A DNA stretch of 57,119 bases from IMG/VR virus record IMGVR_UViG_3300031840_000710, positions 1 through 57,119 of that record, one strand, 5' to 3'. The position numbers were made by a program, and so were the translations under genes. This DNA comes from a virus. Its lineage: Duplodnaviria > Caudoviricetes. Shown here piece by piece: positions 48,090 to 56,936 of this stretch; position 1 is the stretch's first letter, and every line of letters starts with the position of its first letter. The notes beneath the pieces were generated by a model. The model was not told where the DNA came from, searched no databases, and worked only from the letters and a program-made list of their open reading frames with translations.

Positions 48090-48420
48090 TGATTTGTTCC
48101 TCTTGTTGTGGCTGCGCATCTTCAGGCTCATCTTCAAACTGCTCCAGGAAAAATTCCGGATCTTCAAAGTCTTCTAACATAAGGCCAAGAGACTTTGTGT
48201 GGTTCAAAAGATGTTGCAATGTTTCATCCCCATAAAACATTTCCATTTCGTATATGGACTTCAGATGCGCTTCGTAATTAGCAATGATATCGGACACTTC
48301 ATTAATATTGTCGTAAATAAACGTTAATTTGGAAGTTATCCGCCTAGAATACCAAAACATAAGAATGTTGAATAGCAATGAGAGCGCTAAAACTATTGCT
48401 AAAATTATCGTACTACTCAT
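48025..48420 (-). CDS. Membrane-anchored hypothetical protein
   Basis: N-terminal TM (IILAIVLALSLLFNILMFWY), acidic tail overlapping the sigma gene start. Confidence 0.7.
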   Translation of the reverse strand: MSSTIILAIVLALSLLFNILMFWYSRRITSKLTFIYDNINEVSDIIANYEAHLKSIYEMEMFYGDETLQHLLNHTKSLGLMLEDFEDPEFFLEQFEDEPEDAQPQQEEQINGQTTQNEENVFYAGSRRRDS

Positions 48421-48667
48421 TGTATTCTATCCTTGTTGTTTTTTCGTCTTTTAAGATTCTTTTATTTTCTTCAATATATTCCTTAACTAAATCACCAGTT
48501 TGTTGTGAGTCTTTGCTTTCTTTTCTCACAAAGTTGGTGAGTTGTGGGATTCGGGTTAAAACTTGCTTATTATCGCAAACTTCACAGTCTTCAAGGCGTT
48601 CCGTTATCCCGTGCCTTACCTCTACCTCACTATCACAAATGGAACATTTATAACAGTATTTAGGCAT
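48413..48667 (-). CDS. FmdB-family zinc-ribbon protein
   Basis: MPKYCYKCSICD...CEVCD pattern. Confidence 0.8.
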   Translation of the reverse strand: MPKYCYKCSICDSEVEVRHGITERLEDCEVCDNKQVLTRIPQLTNFVRKESKDSQQTGDLVKEYIEENKRILKDEKTTRIEYNE

Positions 48668-48885
48668 TATAGGGGACCTTTCATATCTACATCAGTTATA
48701 ACCGTTGATTTTTGCTTCTCGGCTTTAACCATTGGTGGGTTCATTACAACCAACTCTCCTGAATCGTCCACTTGAATTTGAAACTCTTGGAGAACAGGGA
48801 CGATATCTGTTTGCTCCATTAGTGATTTTTGTAAAGCCATCATGATTGCTCCGACGGCTTGATTTGATAATTTATGATCTTTCAT
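48667..48885 (-). CDS. Hypothetical protein (72 aa)
   Basis: SD GGAG; TAATG coupling to the next gene. Confidence 0.75.
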   Translation of the reverse strand: MKDHKLSNQAVGAIMMALQKSLMEQTDIVPVLQEFQIQVDDSGELVVMNPPMVKAEKQKSTVITDVDMKGPL

Positions 48886-48907
48886 TTAATTGCTCCATAT
48901 TTTAATT

Positions 48908-49804
48908 TTATTCATTTATTCTCAACATCTTCTCTACCTGAATTCTGATGTTTAAGTTTTGCAACGCATAATCTCTATTGCTGTCACCGAAAGAATGAGA
49001 ATATTTTTTAATTTCTTTTGTGATACTGTCTTCATTTACTTCTTTCTTATATTTTCTTCCAGAGCAATTAGTTGTTATTATTTCATCTATATTGTCTGGT
49101 GTTATCAATCCTTCCATCATGGGTTTTTGATATGGCCTCCAGTCTGCAACTAAAACATTTTTACCACAACTCATCGATTCATATGCTCCTCTACCTAAAG
49201 AAACAACCAAATCAGCTTCTGAAATGAAGTTCTCAATATCAAAAACAGGATTAGTAAACTTGTTATGTGCTTTGAAATTCCAGCCATTTTTCTTGCAAAT
49301 CTTTTGCAAAAATTGATTGAAACGTGAAGATTGTGACAACGATAAGATGTTCTTGAGTTCTTTGTTTGTTCTTGTTGGTTTAAATCTATCTGTATTTATG
49401 CCATTTCTTATCATGTGCGATGGTAAATTCTTTTGATTCAAATGCTCTTTCACTTCTTCAGAAATAGAAATATAATTTCTTATTGGTTCTCCAAAGGGCT
49501 GCTCTAGACTTGGTATGGTACCATGACAAACTTGATAGATTTTCTGATGATCTAAATTTAGTTTTAAAGCTTTAGCAATTGTTGTAGTATGGTTTATAAG
49601 GCAAATCTCAACGTCTCCTTCAAAAACGTTTGGAATTATATTGAAATCTTGATAAATTTTCTTAGACATAATTCCATATCTATCAGATCCAGACAACAAA
49701 AACGTTTTAATTTTTCGTCTTTTCAACTCTTCTATTACAGTATAGACATAAGTTTCAGAACCACCTATCGTATCTAAATGATTTTGTCCTATTAAGATTT
49801 TCAT
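48908..49804 (-). CDS. Glycosyltransferase, GT-B fold (GT4-like)
   Basis: MKILI...GGSETY, IRNGINTDRFKP, ADLVVSLGRGAYESMSCGKNV. Confidence 0.85.
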   Translation of the reverse strand: MKILIGQNHLDTIGGSETYVYTVIEELKRRKIKTFLLSGSDRYGIMSKKIYQDFNIIPNVFEGDVEICLINHTTTIAKALKLNLDHQKIYQVCHGTIPSLEQPFGEPIRNYISISEEVKEHLNQKNLPSHMIRNGINTDRFKPTRTNKELKNILSLSQSSRFNQFLQKICKKNGWNFKAHNKFTNPVFDIENFISEADLVVSLGRGAYESMSCGKNVLVADWRPYQKPMMEGLITPDNIDEIITTNCSGRKYKKEVNEDSITKEIKKYSHSFGDSNRDYALQNLNIRIQVEKMLRINE

Positions 49805-50556
49805 TCTGCTTGTCCTTTTGAATTGTTTATTATTTTTGCAGTATCAAACCTGTCTTTCCATTCAATAAGACTTCGGCCAAAATCCGATTGAGTGTGAATT
49901 GCTTTGCCCTTTCTCTTTTTCCATTTTTCAGAAATCGTAGAGTTTCCGGGTTGCCTTTCGTACAAGAAGTTTATATAGTAATCACAAGTTTGTTCCCATT
50001 GTTCTATCGAAATTGCCTTTCCGTAATGTTTTATAAATCCTTTATGGCCAACTTTCGAAAAGCTTGCAAATGGAACCCTAGTGTAAAAATGAAGATCCGG
50101 CTTAGGTCTAAATAAGGTTAAAATATCTCTAAACTCTGGGCCCATAAACTTTCTGTTAAGATATTGTTCTTCTACATCTTGTGGTGTTATATAGAAATCG
50201 AACAATCTCATTGAATATGCATCATACGAAGTGTCGAAGAGATCTATATTATCAAAGTCTGTGTATTCGTCTGCATCGAAATAATAAATCCAATCTGGCT
50301 GTGATTCTTTGGCTACTTTGTAAATAGCTTGCCTTTGGGTTCCTTCTAGAATTTGTCTTTTATGAGGATTTGTTTCCCATGTTTTGGCTTGTATTATTCT
50401 TTTTACTTTAGGAAATTTTAAACATATTTGGGTTGTGCTGTCTGTAGAGTAGTCATCAAAAATATAAATTTCATCTACTAAGTTAGAAACATGCTCTAAA
50501 GTATTAAAAATAATGTCTTCTTCATTTCTTATTCTTGTTACTCCCACTATTTTCAT
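49801..50556 (-). CDS. Glycosyltransferase, GT-A fold (GT2-like)
   Basis: RIRNEEDII, FDDYSTDST, WIYYFDADE (DxD), IKHYG. Confidence 0.88.
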   Translation of the reverse strand: MKIVGVTRIRNEEDIIFNTLEHVSNLVDEIYIFDDYSTDSTTQICLKFPKVKRIIQAKTWETNPHKRQILEGTQRQAIYKVAKESQPDWIYYFDADEYTDFDNIDLFDTSYDAYSMRLFDFYITPQDVEEQYLNRKFMGPEFRDILTLFRPKPDLHFYTRVPFASFSKVGHKGFIKHYGKAISIEQWEQTCDYYINFLYERQPGNSTISEKWKKRKGKAIHTQSDFGRSLIEWKDRFDTAKIINNSKGQAE

Positions 50557-51566
50557 AAAACAATACTCGCTATTTCTTCATTCCATATTTTACCAAACAA
50601 CACTTCGTCACTTCTTAATTGTTTATCGCCTATTTTTTTTCCACTCAAACTCACAGACTCATCATGATAAAAAAATAAATCTTTGCCAAAATAATAACAA
50701 TGTTTGCCTTGTGTTATTATTTTTAAACAAAGATCTGTATCCTGGAAGTTCTTGGACAGAGAGGGATTGAAACCACCAACTTCTACAAAATCTTTTAAAT
50801 TGACTATCATCAAAGCACCTGTGAGACAGCTTACTCCTTTATTACAATTGACTCTAGGATCTTCTGGGCACACAAAGCGCTTGTAATGAAAAGGTGTTAA
50901 GGTCTGGATATTTTTCATTAAAGGAAGAAACAACGAGCCTCCGTATTGGGTTGTGTTTCTCCATTTACCGGCTACATGTTTATAAAACTCTTTTATATTT
51001 TGACTGTCTTCTTCTTTTATAAAAGATATTTCCTTTGGAGGATACAGTAATTTCGTTCCGGACACTGATGATTTATTGGATCGGTGTCTTTGCAAAAAGT
51101 CTAATAATGACTCTTTGTTTTTTGTGTACAAGTCATTATTCCAAAAAATAACTTCATTATTTCCTTTTTTATAGCATATCAAGCATGCGATATTATTCAG
51201 CATAGAAAAATTAAATCCTTTATCATTTTCAATCCTCAAATAACAGCATTCAGATGCAATAGTAAATATATCTTCATCCGAGTTGTCATCTACAATTATT
51301 ACATTACAAACAGATAGCACATCATTGTTTTTAAGGTTTGCAACTGTTTTAGCCAAAAGCTCAGACATGTTTTTTGTTGGAATTATAATTGTTGGTTTTT
51401 CTTCATCAAAGTCTTTTTCTTTCCACACACAAGAGTAATTTATTTCTAAAACCTCAAACAAACTCTTTCCGCCAAGTGCTTCTTTTTTTAGTTTGATTTC
51501 TTTTTGAATTATTTCAAATTTATCTGATATATTATTCCGGAAGTCAAACTCATAAAAGGATTTCAT
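50553..51566 (-). CDS. Glycosyltransferase, GT2 family
   Basis: TIIIPTKN, IIVDDNS, FNFSMLNN, FWNND, TGALM, GGFN, QDTDLCL, YHDESVS; start moved to MKSFY. Confidence 0.88.
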   Translation of the reverse strand: MKSFYEFDFRNNISDKFEIIQKEIKLKKEALGGKSLFEVLEINYSCVWKEKDFDEEKPTIIIPTKNMSELLAKTVANLKNNDVLSVCNVIIVDDNSDEDIFTIASECCYLRIENDKGFNFSMLNNIACLICYKKGNNEVIFWNNDLYTKNKESLLDFLQRHRSNKSSVSGTKLLYPPKEISFIKEEDSQNIKEFYKHVAGKWRNTTQYGGSLFLPLMKNIQTLTPFHYKRFVCPEDPRVNCNKGVSCLTGALMIVNLKDFVEVGGFNPSLSKNFQDTDLCLKIITQGKHCYYFGKDLFFYHDESVSLSGKKIGDKQLRSDEVLFGKIWNEEIASIVL

Positions 51567-52767
51567 ATTCGTCTTCCTCTTGTTTGCCGTTGATCTGCTC
51601 GCAAAAACCTTGAAACAACTTCTCATCAGAGAATTTATCTCCAATAATCGTTTTCAATTCCTCTGCTTGAGCTTTCATCTTATCGCTATTTTTAACAGCC
51701 TTTCTCAATGCCATCTTATAAGATCCTTGATCTGCAAAAGCCCACATTTGTTCTTTGTCAATAACTCCGGGCCAAACAGCTTGTGACTGGACTGGTCGCA
51801 TAGAATAATCCACTTCATTAAAGTAGTTGTTTCCATCATGATGAAGGAAATCAAGCTGCCCAGACCAGCCAATCGTTGTAATTGGTAATCCTTCACGAGC
51901 TGCTTCAAACATAGGAAGACCAAAACCTTCACCGTGAGCGATGTTAATCATTCCTTTAATCTTTTCATGTTGATATAAACCGGTCATTTGACCAGCAGTA
52001 AGGTCTCCATGGAGAAGATAGACAGAACACTTGCGATCTTTATATTCACCAACCAATTGTGACATTCTTTTTTGAAGATGATCCCAATCAATTATTGAGT
52101 TTGAAGCGATATTTGTTTTAATAAGCAAACCTACTTCTTGATCTATAAACTCTTCAATAAACCATTTTACCATATTATCAAAGTTTTTACGAGGAGATAT
52201 TTGAGATACAGCAAGAAAATTAAAATCGTGCTTCAACTCTATCTCTTCAATTGGCTCTGGGTCTGCTCTTGGGGTATTCTCCCATACAACTTCAACGGGT
52301 GTTTCTATCTTATATGGATGACTTTCGCCTGTTTGTTGATTTTGTGCTTGAGCCACTGTATCTACCAAAGAAGTTTTTGCATGGTTTGACACAACGAGGA
52401 CTTTATCCATTTCATTACATTTAGGAAGCCACTGTGGTGAACACATATTGGTCTCAATACCAGCAGTATAGCCTATATTTATTGGTGCTAATTTTTGGAA
52501 TTCATTGGGGATTGTTACTTGCAGAGAAATATCTGCTTGTATTTGTTTTCTCTGAATGAGAACTTGTGTTAAAGTAATCTTCTCATCCATCCATTGGCGA
52601 AACTCAGAGTCTTGCCATACCCAACCAGTGCGTCCCCAAGGGATAGCCATAATAAAGATATCAAATAAATCTTCTCGGGATCTCAATGCTCTCAGAGCAA
52701 ATCGTGCTTGCTCTCCATATCCTGATTGTGACAGAACAGGTGCTCTTACTAAAATTTTCTTTTTCAC
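51550..52767 (-). CDS. Glycosyltransferase, GT4-like
   Basis: SGYGEQAR, PRKNFD, HGEGFGLPMFEAAREGLP. Confidence 0.9.
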   Translation of the reverse strand: MKKKILVRAPVLSQSGYGEQARFALRALRSREDLFDIFIMAIPWGRTGWVWQDSEFRQWMDEKITLTQVLIQRKQIQADISLQVTIPNEFQKLAPINIGYTAGIETNMCSPQWLPKCNEMDKVLVVSNHAKTSLVDTVAQAQNQQTGESHPYKIETPVEVVWENTPRADPEPIEEIELKHDFNFLAVSQISPRKNFDNMVKWFIEEFIDQEVGLLIKTNIASNSIIDWDHLQKRMSQLVGEYKDRKCSVYLLHGDLTAGQMTGLYQHEKIKGMINIAHGEGFGLPMFEAAREGLPITTIGWSGQLDFLHHDGNNYFNEVDYSMRPVQSQAVWPGVIDKEQMWAFADQGSYKMALRKAVKNSDKMKAQAEELKTIIGDKFSDEKLFQGFCEQINGKQEEDEYEILL

Positions 52768-54029
52768 GCTACCTCCATAAAACGAATTCCTTTATAGTTT
52801 GACCTTGTTTCCCAAGATCCACCTTCTTCAACAACTTGATCAATAAATTCAACCCACGTAGAATTGAAGTTTTCAAAGTTATAATTGTCTTCAACGTGCT
52901 TGCGCCCTAACATACCCATCTTACGTCTTTCAGAAGCAGGAATGTTGTAAATCTTTGACAATGCCGAATGGAATTGAGCTTTGTCAACACGGTCTTCATA
53001 AATATAAGGAACATCTTGAGACCCGATAACAGACTTTGAGGAGGGGAGGAGGGGGATGCCAAACCAATCTTTTCCGTTGGTCACTTGCTCCTGCAATCCA
53101 CCGGTCATAGTAACTACAATAGGTGTTCCGCAGGACAGTGATTCCAAAGTTGCAAGGCCGAAACCTTCCGCATCTGAAATATTAATAGTACAGTCAGCCA
53201 TGTTGTACATAGCCGCTAAATGTTCTGGGGGGATCTTATTGATTGACAAAAGTACTTGTCTGTTATCGAGCCCAAGATGTTCGATAATGTGATTGAGGTC
53301 TTGACCGTGAGGATCTTTTGGATCTGTATGCATAATAAGTTGTGCCTTATCGTGAAGGTTGTTCTTATCAAGCCATTCTTTGAACCAGTAAATTAAAGTT
53401 CCAGATTGTTTTCTTCTAGCGTTTCTGTTATTCCAGAAGAAAATAACCTTGTCTTGGTCAGACTCAGGGAGCGAATCTTTTCTAAGTTTTTCAATACTTT
53501 CTGGAGTTAATGGCTTAAAAACCTCTCCATCTACAGCGTGTGGAATATATTTTCTTTTCACTTCCGGTGCTGCTTTGGCTACAATGTCATCAGTTACCTT
53601 AGAGATTGTTGCAATTGCGTCGTTAGAAATATAATACTTTCTATTAAACATTGGTACAGGATAATTGTCCCATACATGATAATATACCATTGAGCAAAGA
53701 GGACGCACTTCGTTCTCAATTTGCCATAACCAACCCCAAAAACGGGGATCAGTCATAAACCACAAAACGTCCGGCTTCTCTGTACGGAGAACCGAACGAA
53801 TCATTTCAGGTGTTCCGTAACCATCTACGGGAATAATTTTCCAATCTTGACCCCATGGATCAACTGCTATAGGGTTGTAGTCATTGTGCTTCATCGCCCC
53901 ACCAAAGGAGATGATAGAATACCGTCCGGTGTTCAGAAGTGCTTCGCAAACATATTTTGTTTGAGTTCCGACACCGGACGGGGACAGGGGATGGTCCGAT
54001 AATGTTAAAATTTTTATTTTCTTAGTCAA
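52764..54029 (-). CDS. Glycosyltransferase, GT4-like
   Basis: SGVGTQT, YIPHAVD, NRNARRK, YNMADC...SDAEGFGLATLESLSCGTP; TTG start with SD AGAGG. Confidence 0.9.
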   Translation of the reverse strand: MTKKIKILTLSDHPLSPSGVGTQTKYVCEALLNTGRYSIISFGGAMKHNDYNPIAVDPWGQDWKIIPVDGYGTPEMIRSVLRTEKPDVLWFMTDPRFWGWLWQIENEVRPLCSMVYYHVWDNYPVPMFNRKYYISNDAIATISKVTDDIVAKAAPEVKRKYIPHAVDGEVFKPLTPESIEKLRKDSLPESDQDKVIFFWNNRNARRKQSGTLIYWFKEWLDKNNLHDKAQLIMHTDPKDPHGQDLNHIIEHLGLDNRQVLLSINKIPPEHLAAMYNMADCTINISDAEGFGLATLESLSCGTPIVVTMTGGLQEQVTNGKDWFGIPLLPSSKSVIGSQDVPYIYEDRVDKAQFHSALSKIYNIPASERRKMGMLGRKHVEDNYNFENFNSTWVEFIDQVVEEGGSWETRSNYKGIRFMEVA

Positions 54030-54059
54030 GTTTTACCTCTTTGTTTTTCTTATGTATGT

Positions 54060-54088
54060 AATATAACACACTCAAGTTAACTTGTCAA
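54060..54088 (-). promoter_or_regulatory. Sigma70-type promoter for the glycosyltransferase operon
   Basis: TTGACA-17 nt-TATATT with TGn; T-rich upstream tract. Confidence 0.85.
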
Positions 54089-54114
54089 GTAAAAAAGCAA
54101 ACTTTTTTTTATTT

Positions 54115-54873
54115 TTATTTACAATGCTCTGTTTTGTAGAATTCACACTTTGAACAAGATCTTCTATCTTTAACGTGATGTTGCTTAGAAATGTGGATTA
54201 AAGCATTTGTAAGGAGCTTTGTTGCGTTCTCTGTTTTACGAGGGCCAGAGGTTACACGAAAAATTTCAACATTATTCTTTTTTGCTGTTCTCTTAAGGAG
54301 AGCAAAGTGTGTTTCAACCAAACTTGGATCAACTTCATATTTCTCACACCAGAATTTCTTATATAGAGTGAGTTGATAAGTAATGAACTTGTCTGCTTTC
54401 TTTTTAGCATCCCAACCCCATGAACAGGTCTTCCAATCAATGATGTGAAACTTCCCGTCATTTGTCCTAATTACGAGATCTATGAAGCCTTTAAACTTGT
54501 AGGGCACCTCTCCTTCCTTAATGTCTTCGTAAAGCTGTTCTTCAACAGAAAACACCTCATAATCGCCAAAGACTTTAGTAAGCTGAGGCATGATCTGAGG
54601 AGTGATAAGTTGTGCTTGATCTCGCATCTCGGTTATGAGCTTATCCTCTTCCATTCCGATGGAAGCCAATTCTTTCTCAAAGGAAAGATTAAAGAAATCT
54701 TCCGGGTCATCAACTTTGTCAAAAACAAGGTTCTCGCATAAAAAATGAAGCGCTTTTCCAAACGCTGTAAATTGATTTCCTACGAATTTTTTAACTCTGT
54801 CTTGATAAGAGAGTTTTCTTTTAAAAGGGCATTCGGCCCAAGTCTTAAGTTCTGAGTATGATATATGCTTCAT
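54115..54873 (-). CDS. PD-(D/E)XK nuclease, Cas4/RecB/AddB-like with four-Cys motif
   Basis: ISYSE...ECP, GKALH, GFIDLV, IIDWKT, QLTLY, C-terminal CSKCEFYKTEHC. Confidence 0.85.
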   Translation of the reverse strand: MKHISYSELKTWAECPFKRKLSYQDRVKKFVGNQFTAFGKALHFLCENLVFDKVDDPEDFFNLSFEKELASIGMEEDKLITEMRDQAQLITPQIMPQLTKVFGDYEVFSVEEQLYEDIKEGEVPYKFKGFIDLVIRTNDGKFHIIDWKTCSWGWDAKKKADKFITYQLTLYKKFWCEKYEVDPSLVETHFALLKRTAKKNNVEIFRVTSGPRKTENATKLLTNALIHISKQHHVKDRRSCSKCEFYKTEHCK

Positions 54874-55544
54874 TATTCCTCCAGTTTGTGTAAAGCTTCT
54901 AATTTATTGTAAAGAACAGGACAAGTTTGCTTAAGTTCTTTTTTATTGTCCATTGCATACTCTTCAAATCCACGAGCAAAGTACTCACGGACAGAAGTTG
55001 CAGCATAAGGCGATGGGAATAGTCCTCCAACAAAGTGCCACATCGCGTCATAGGTTACGTCCTTATAAAGATAGTCATCAATTTTTTGGACGTATTCTGT
55101 TTTGTATTGCATTTCTTCAGGTGGCTCATAATCATTTGCTAGCAAATCAGCATAAAGTCTTTTTCTTTTTCCTAGGAATTCTCTGACAACTGCTCCGTCA
55201 TCATAAATGCCGTGACCATAAAGGTCTTCAACCGAATGTGCGATCTCGTGAATGATATCATCTATGAGATCTTTATCGTTGTCTTGATCATTAGTCAAGT
55301 AGATTGCTCCATCTGAATATATGGCGTTTGCTTCTTTATCTTCTAGGTGTTTAAATTTTCCAACATAGATCATATCAACGCCACGTAACAGATTAACAGG
55401 AACCCTGCTCTTAATATATTTAAGAACAAAATCCATGTTGATATGCTCGGGCATCTGATCTTTGATGAAAATTTCTATATCGTGCAAACTATATGTATCC
55501 TTTAAACTTTTTGATTTATTCATTGATTCATTTAACCATTTCAT
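54873..55544 (-). CDS. Zincin-like metallopeptidase domain protein
   Basis: IIHEIAH (HExxH) plus downstream PYAATSVREYFARGFE; start at MKWLN has SD GGAG (alternative start 55556). Confidence 0.65.
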   Translation of the reverse strand: MKWLNESMNKSKSLKDTYSLHDIEIFIKDQMPEHINMDFVLKYIKSRVPVNLLRGVDMIYVGKFKHLEDKEANAIYSDGAIYLTNDQDNDKDLIDDIIHEIAHSVEDLYGHGIYDDGAVVREFLGKRKRLYADLLANDYEPPEEMQYKTEYVQKIDDYLYKDVTYDAMWHFVGGLFPSPYAATSVREYFARGFEEYAMDNKKELKQTCPVLYNKLEALHKLEE

Positions 55545-55566
55545 TGTTATCTCCATTTATACTTAT

Positions 55567-55595
55567 AATATAACAGATAACATCTCAAATGTCAA
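55567..55595 (-). promoter_or_regulatory. Sigma70-type promoter for zincin + nuclease genes
   Basis: TTGACA-17 nt-TATATT with TGn; ACTAATTA octamer just upstream (55607-55614). Confidence 0.85.
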
Positions 55596-55614
55596 ATAAA
55601 AAGAAGTAATTAGT

Positions 55615-56934
55615 TTATAAAACGTTTGCCGCCAGAGTCGCTATTTTAGACCTTTCACCTTTCTTAAACGTGATATGACCAGCTAGTTCAGCATGCTTAA
55701 ATTTTTCAATTGCATATGTCAATCCGTTAGAGGTTTCGTTTGTGTAAATATTGTCAATCTGCTCAATGTCTCCGGTCAAAATAATTTTTGTTCCGTCTCC
55801 AACTCTTGTTAGAATTGTCTTAACTTCGTGAGCAGTAAGGTTCTGTGCTTCATCAATAATAATGAAAGCATTTGAAATTGAGCGACCTCTAATATAAGTG
55901 AGAGCTTCAATCTCAATCTGTCCTTTCTCAAAGTAAGATTTAATTTGTGCTTTGTTTCCAAGAATGAATTCAAGGTTGTCTTGAATCGGCATAAGCCAAG
56001 GGCCCATCTTCTCTTCCATTGTTCCCGGAAGGAATCCGATGTCTTTTCCCATTGGTTGAACAGGACGAGACACAACAATTTTTTTATATTTTCTCTCGGC
56101 GAATCCAAGAGTTTGTTCAAGACCTGCGGCAATTGCCATCAAAGTTTTACCTGATCCTGCTTTTCCGATAAGAGACACAAGCGGGATGTCATCGTCAAAC
56201 AGTAAATCATAGGCAAATGTCTGTTCTTTGTTACGAGGAACGACGCCCCAAGACTTTGAGTAGTCCTTAACGTTGATTCGTTTTAGGGGACGCTTAAACT
56301 CTGAGAATCTGCAAATAGCGGACTTCTTTGGGTTACTGGATGAGATGAGAAGAAGAAACTGATGTGGATAAAGTCTTTGCTTTATCAAAGATTCTTCAAG
56401 GAACATATCCTCGCCTTCATAGAATCTCTCAATGAATTCATCATCAACAAGAATCTCGGCATAACCTTCATAAACTTTGTCTTTGTTCTCAATAACAGAA
56501 TTGGTTTCATAATCTTCTGCTGTTAGTCCAAGAGAATCGGCGATAACTCGCATGTTGATGTCACGAGACACAACGATAACTTTTCTTTTTTCGTTTATTT
56601 TGTTCTCATAAAGAGCAACGGAAAGAATTTGATGATCGGGAATACGAGGATCAAGATCCATTGGAAGCTCGGAAGATGCTTTCGCAACCCTGAGAAGCCC
56701 CATGCCTTTGCCTAAACGGATGCCTTTTGCAAGAGATCCTTTCACGCGGAGTCCGTCAAGATGTTTGATAATGAGACGAGCATTGAATCCAACGGAATCT
56801 TGTCTCTTCTTGTGTCCATCAACTTCTTCTAGAACTTTCATTGGAATAAGAATATCATTATTCTTAAAACGATACAATGCATTTGCGTCGCTAAGGAACA
56901 CGCTTGTATCAATCACATATGTTTTTTTGGCCAT
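55615..56934 (-). CDS. phoH: PhoH-family protein with N-terminal PIN domain (PhoH2/YlaK-like)
   Basis: PIN: YVIDTSVFL, VLEEVD, VSRDINMR. PhoH ATPase: PRNKEQ, GKAGSGKT, IGFLPG, YIRGRS, IIDEAQN, TGDIEQID. Confidence 0.93.
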   Translation of the reverse strand: MAKKTYVIDTSVFLSDANALYRFKNNDILIPMKVLEEVDGHKKRQDSVGFNARLIIKHLDGLRVKGSLAKGIRLGKGMGLLRVAKASSELPMDLDPRIPDHQILSVALYENKINEKRKVIVVSRDINMRVIADSLGLTAEDYETNSVIENKDKVYEGYAEILVDDEFIERFYEGEDMFLEESLIKQRLYPHQFLLLISSSNPKKSAICRFSEFKRPLKRINVKDYSKSWGVVPRNKEQTFAYDLLFDDDIPLVSLIGKAGSGKTLMAIAAGLEQTLGFAERKYKKIVVSRPVQPMGKDIGFLPGTMEEKMGPWLMPIQDNLEFILGNKAQIKSYFEKGQIEIEALTYIRGRSISNAFIIIDEAQNLTAHEVKTILTRVGDGTKIILTGDIEQIDNIYTNETSNGLTYAIEKFKHAELAGHITFKKGERSKIATLAANVL

Positions 56935-56936
56935 TT

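Noticed and set aside
54115-54873. Cas4-like nuclease as evidence of a CRISPR-Cas system
   Set aside because: No repeat-spacer array or other cas genes seen; solo Cas4-like nucleases are common in phages.
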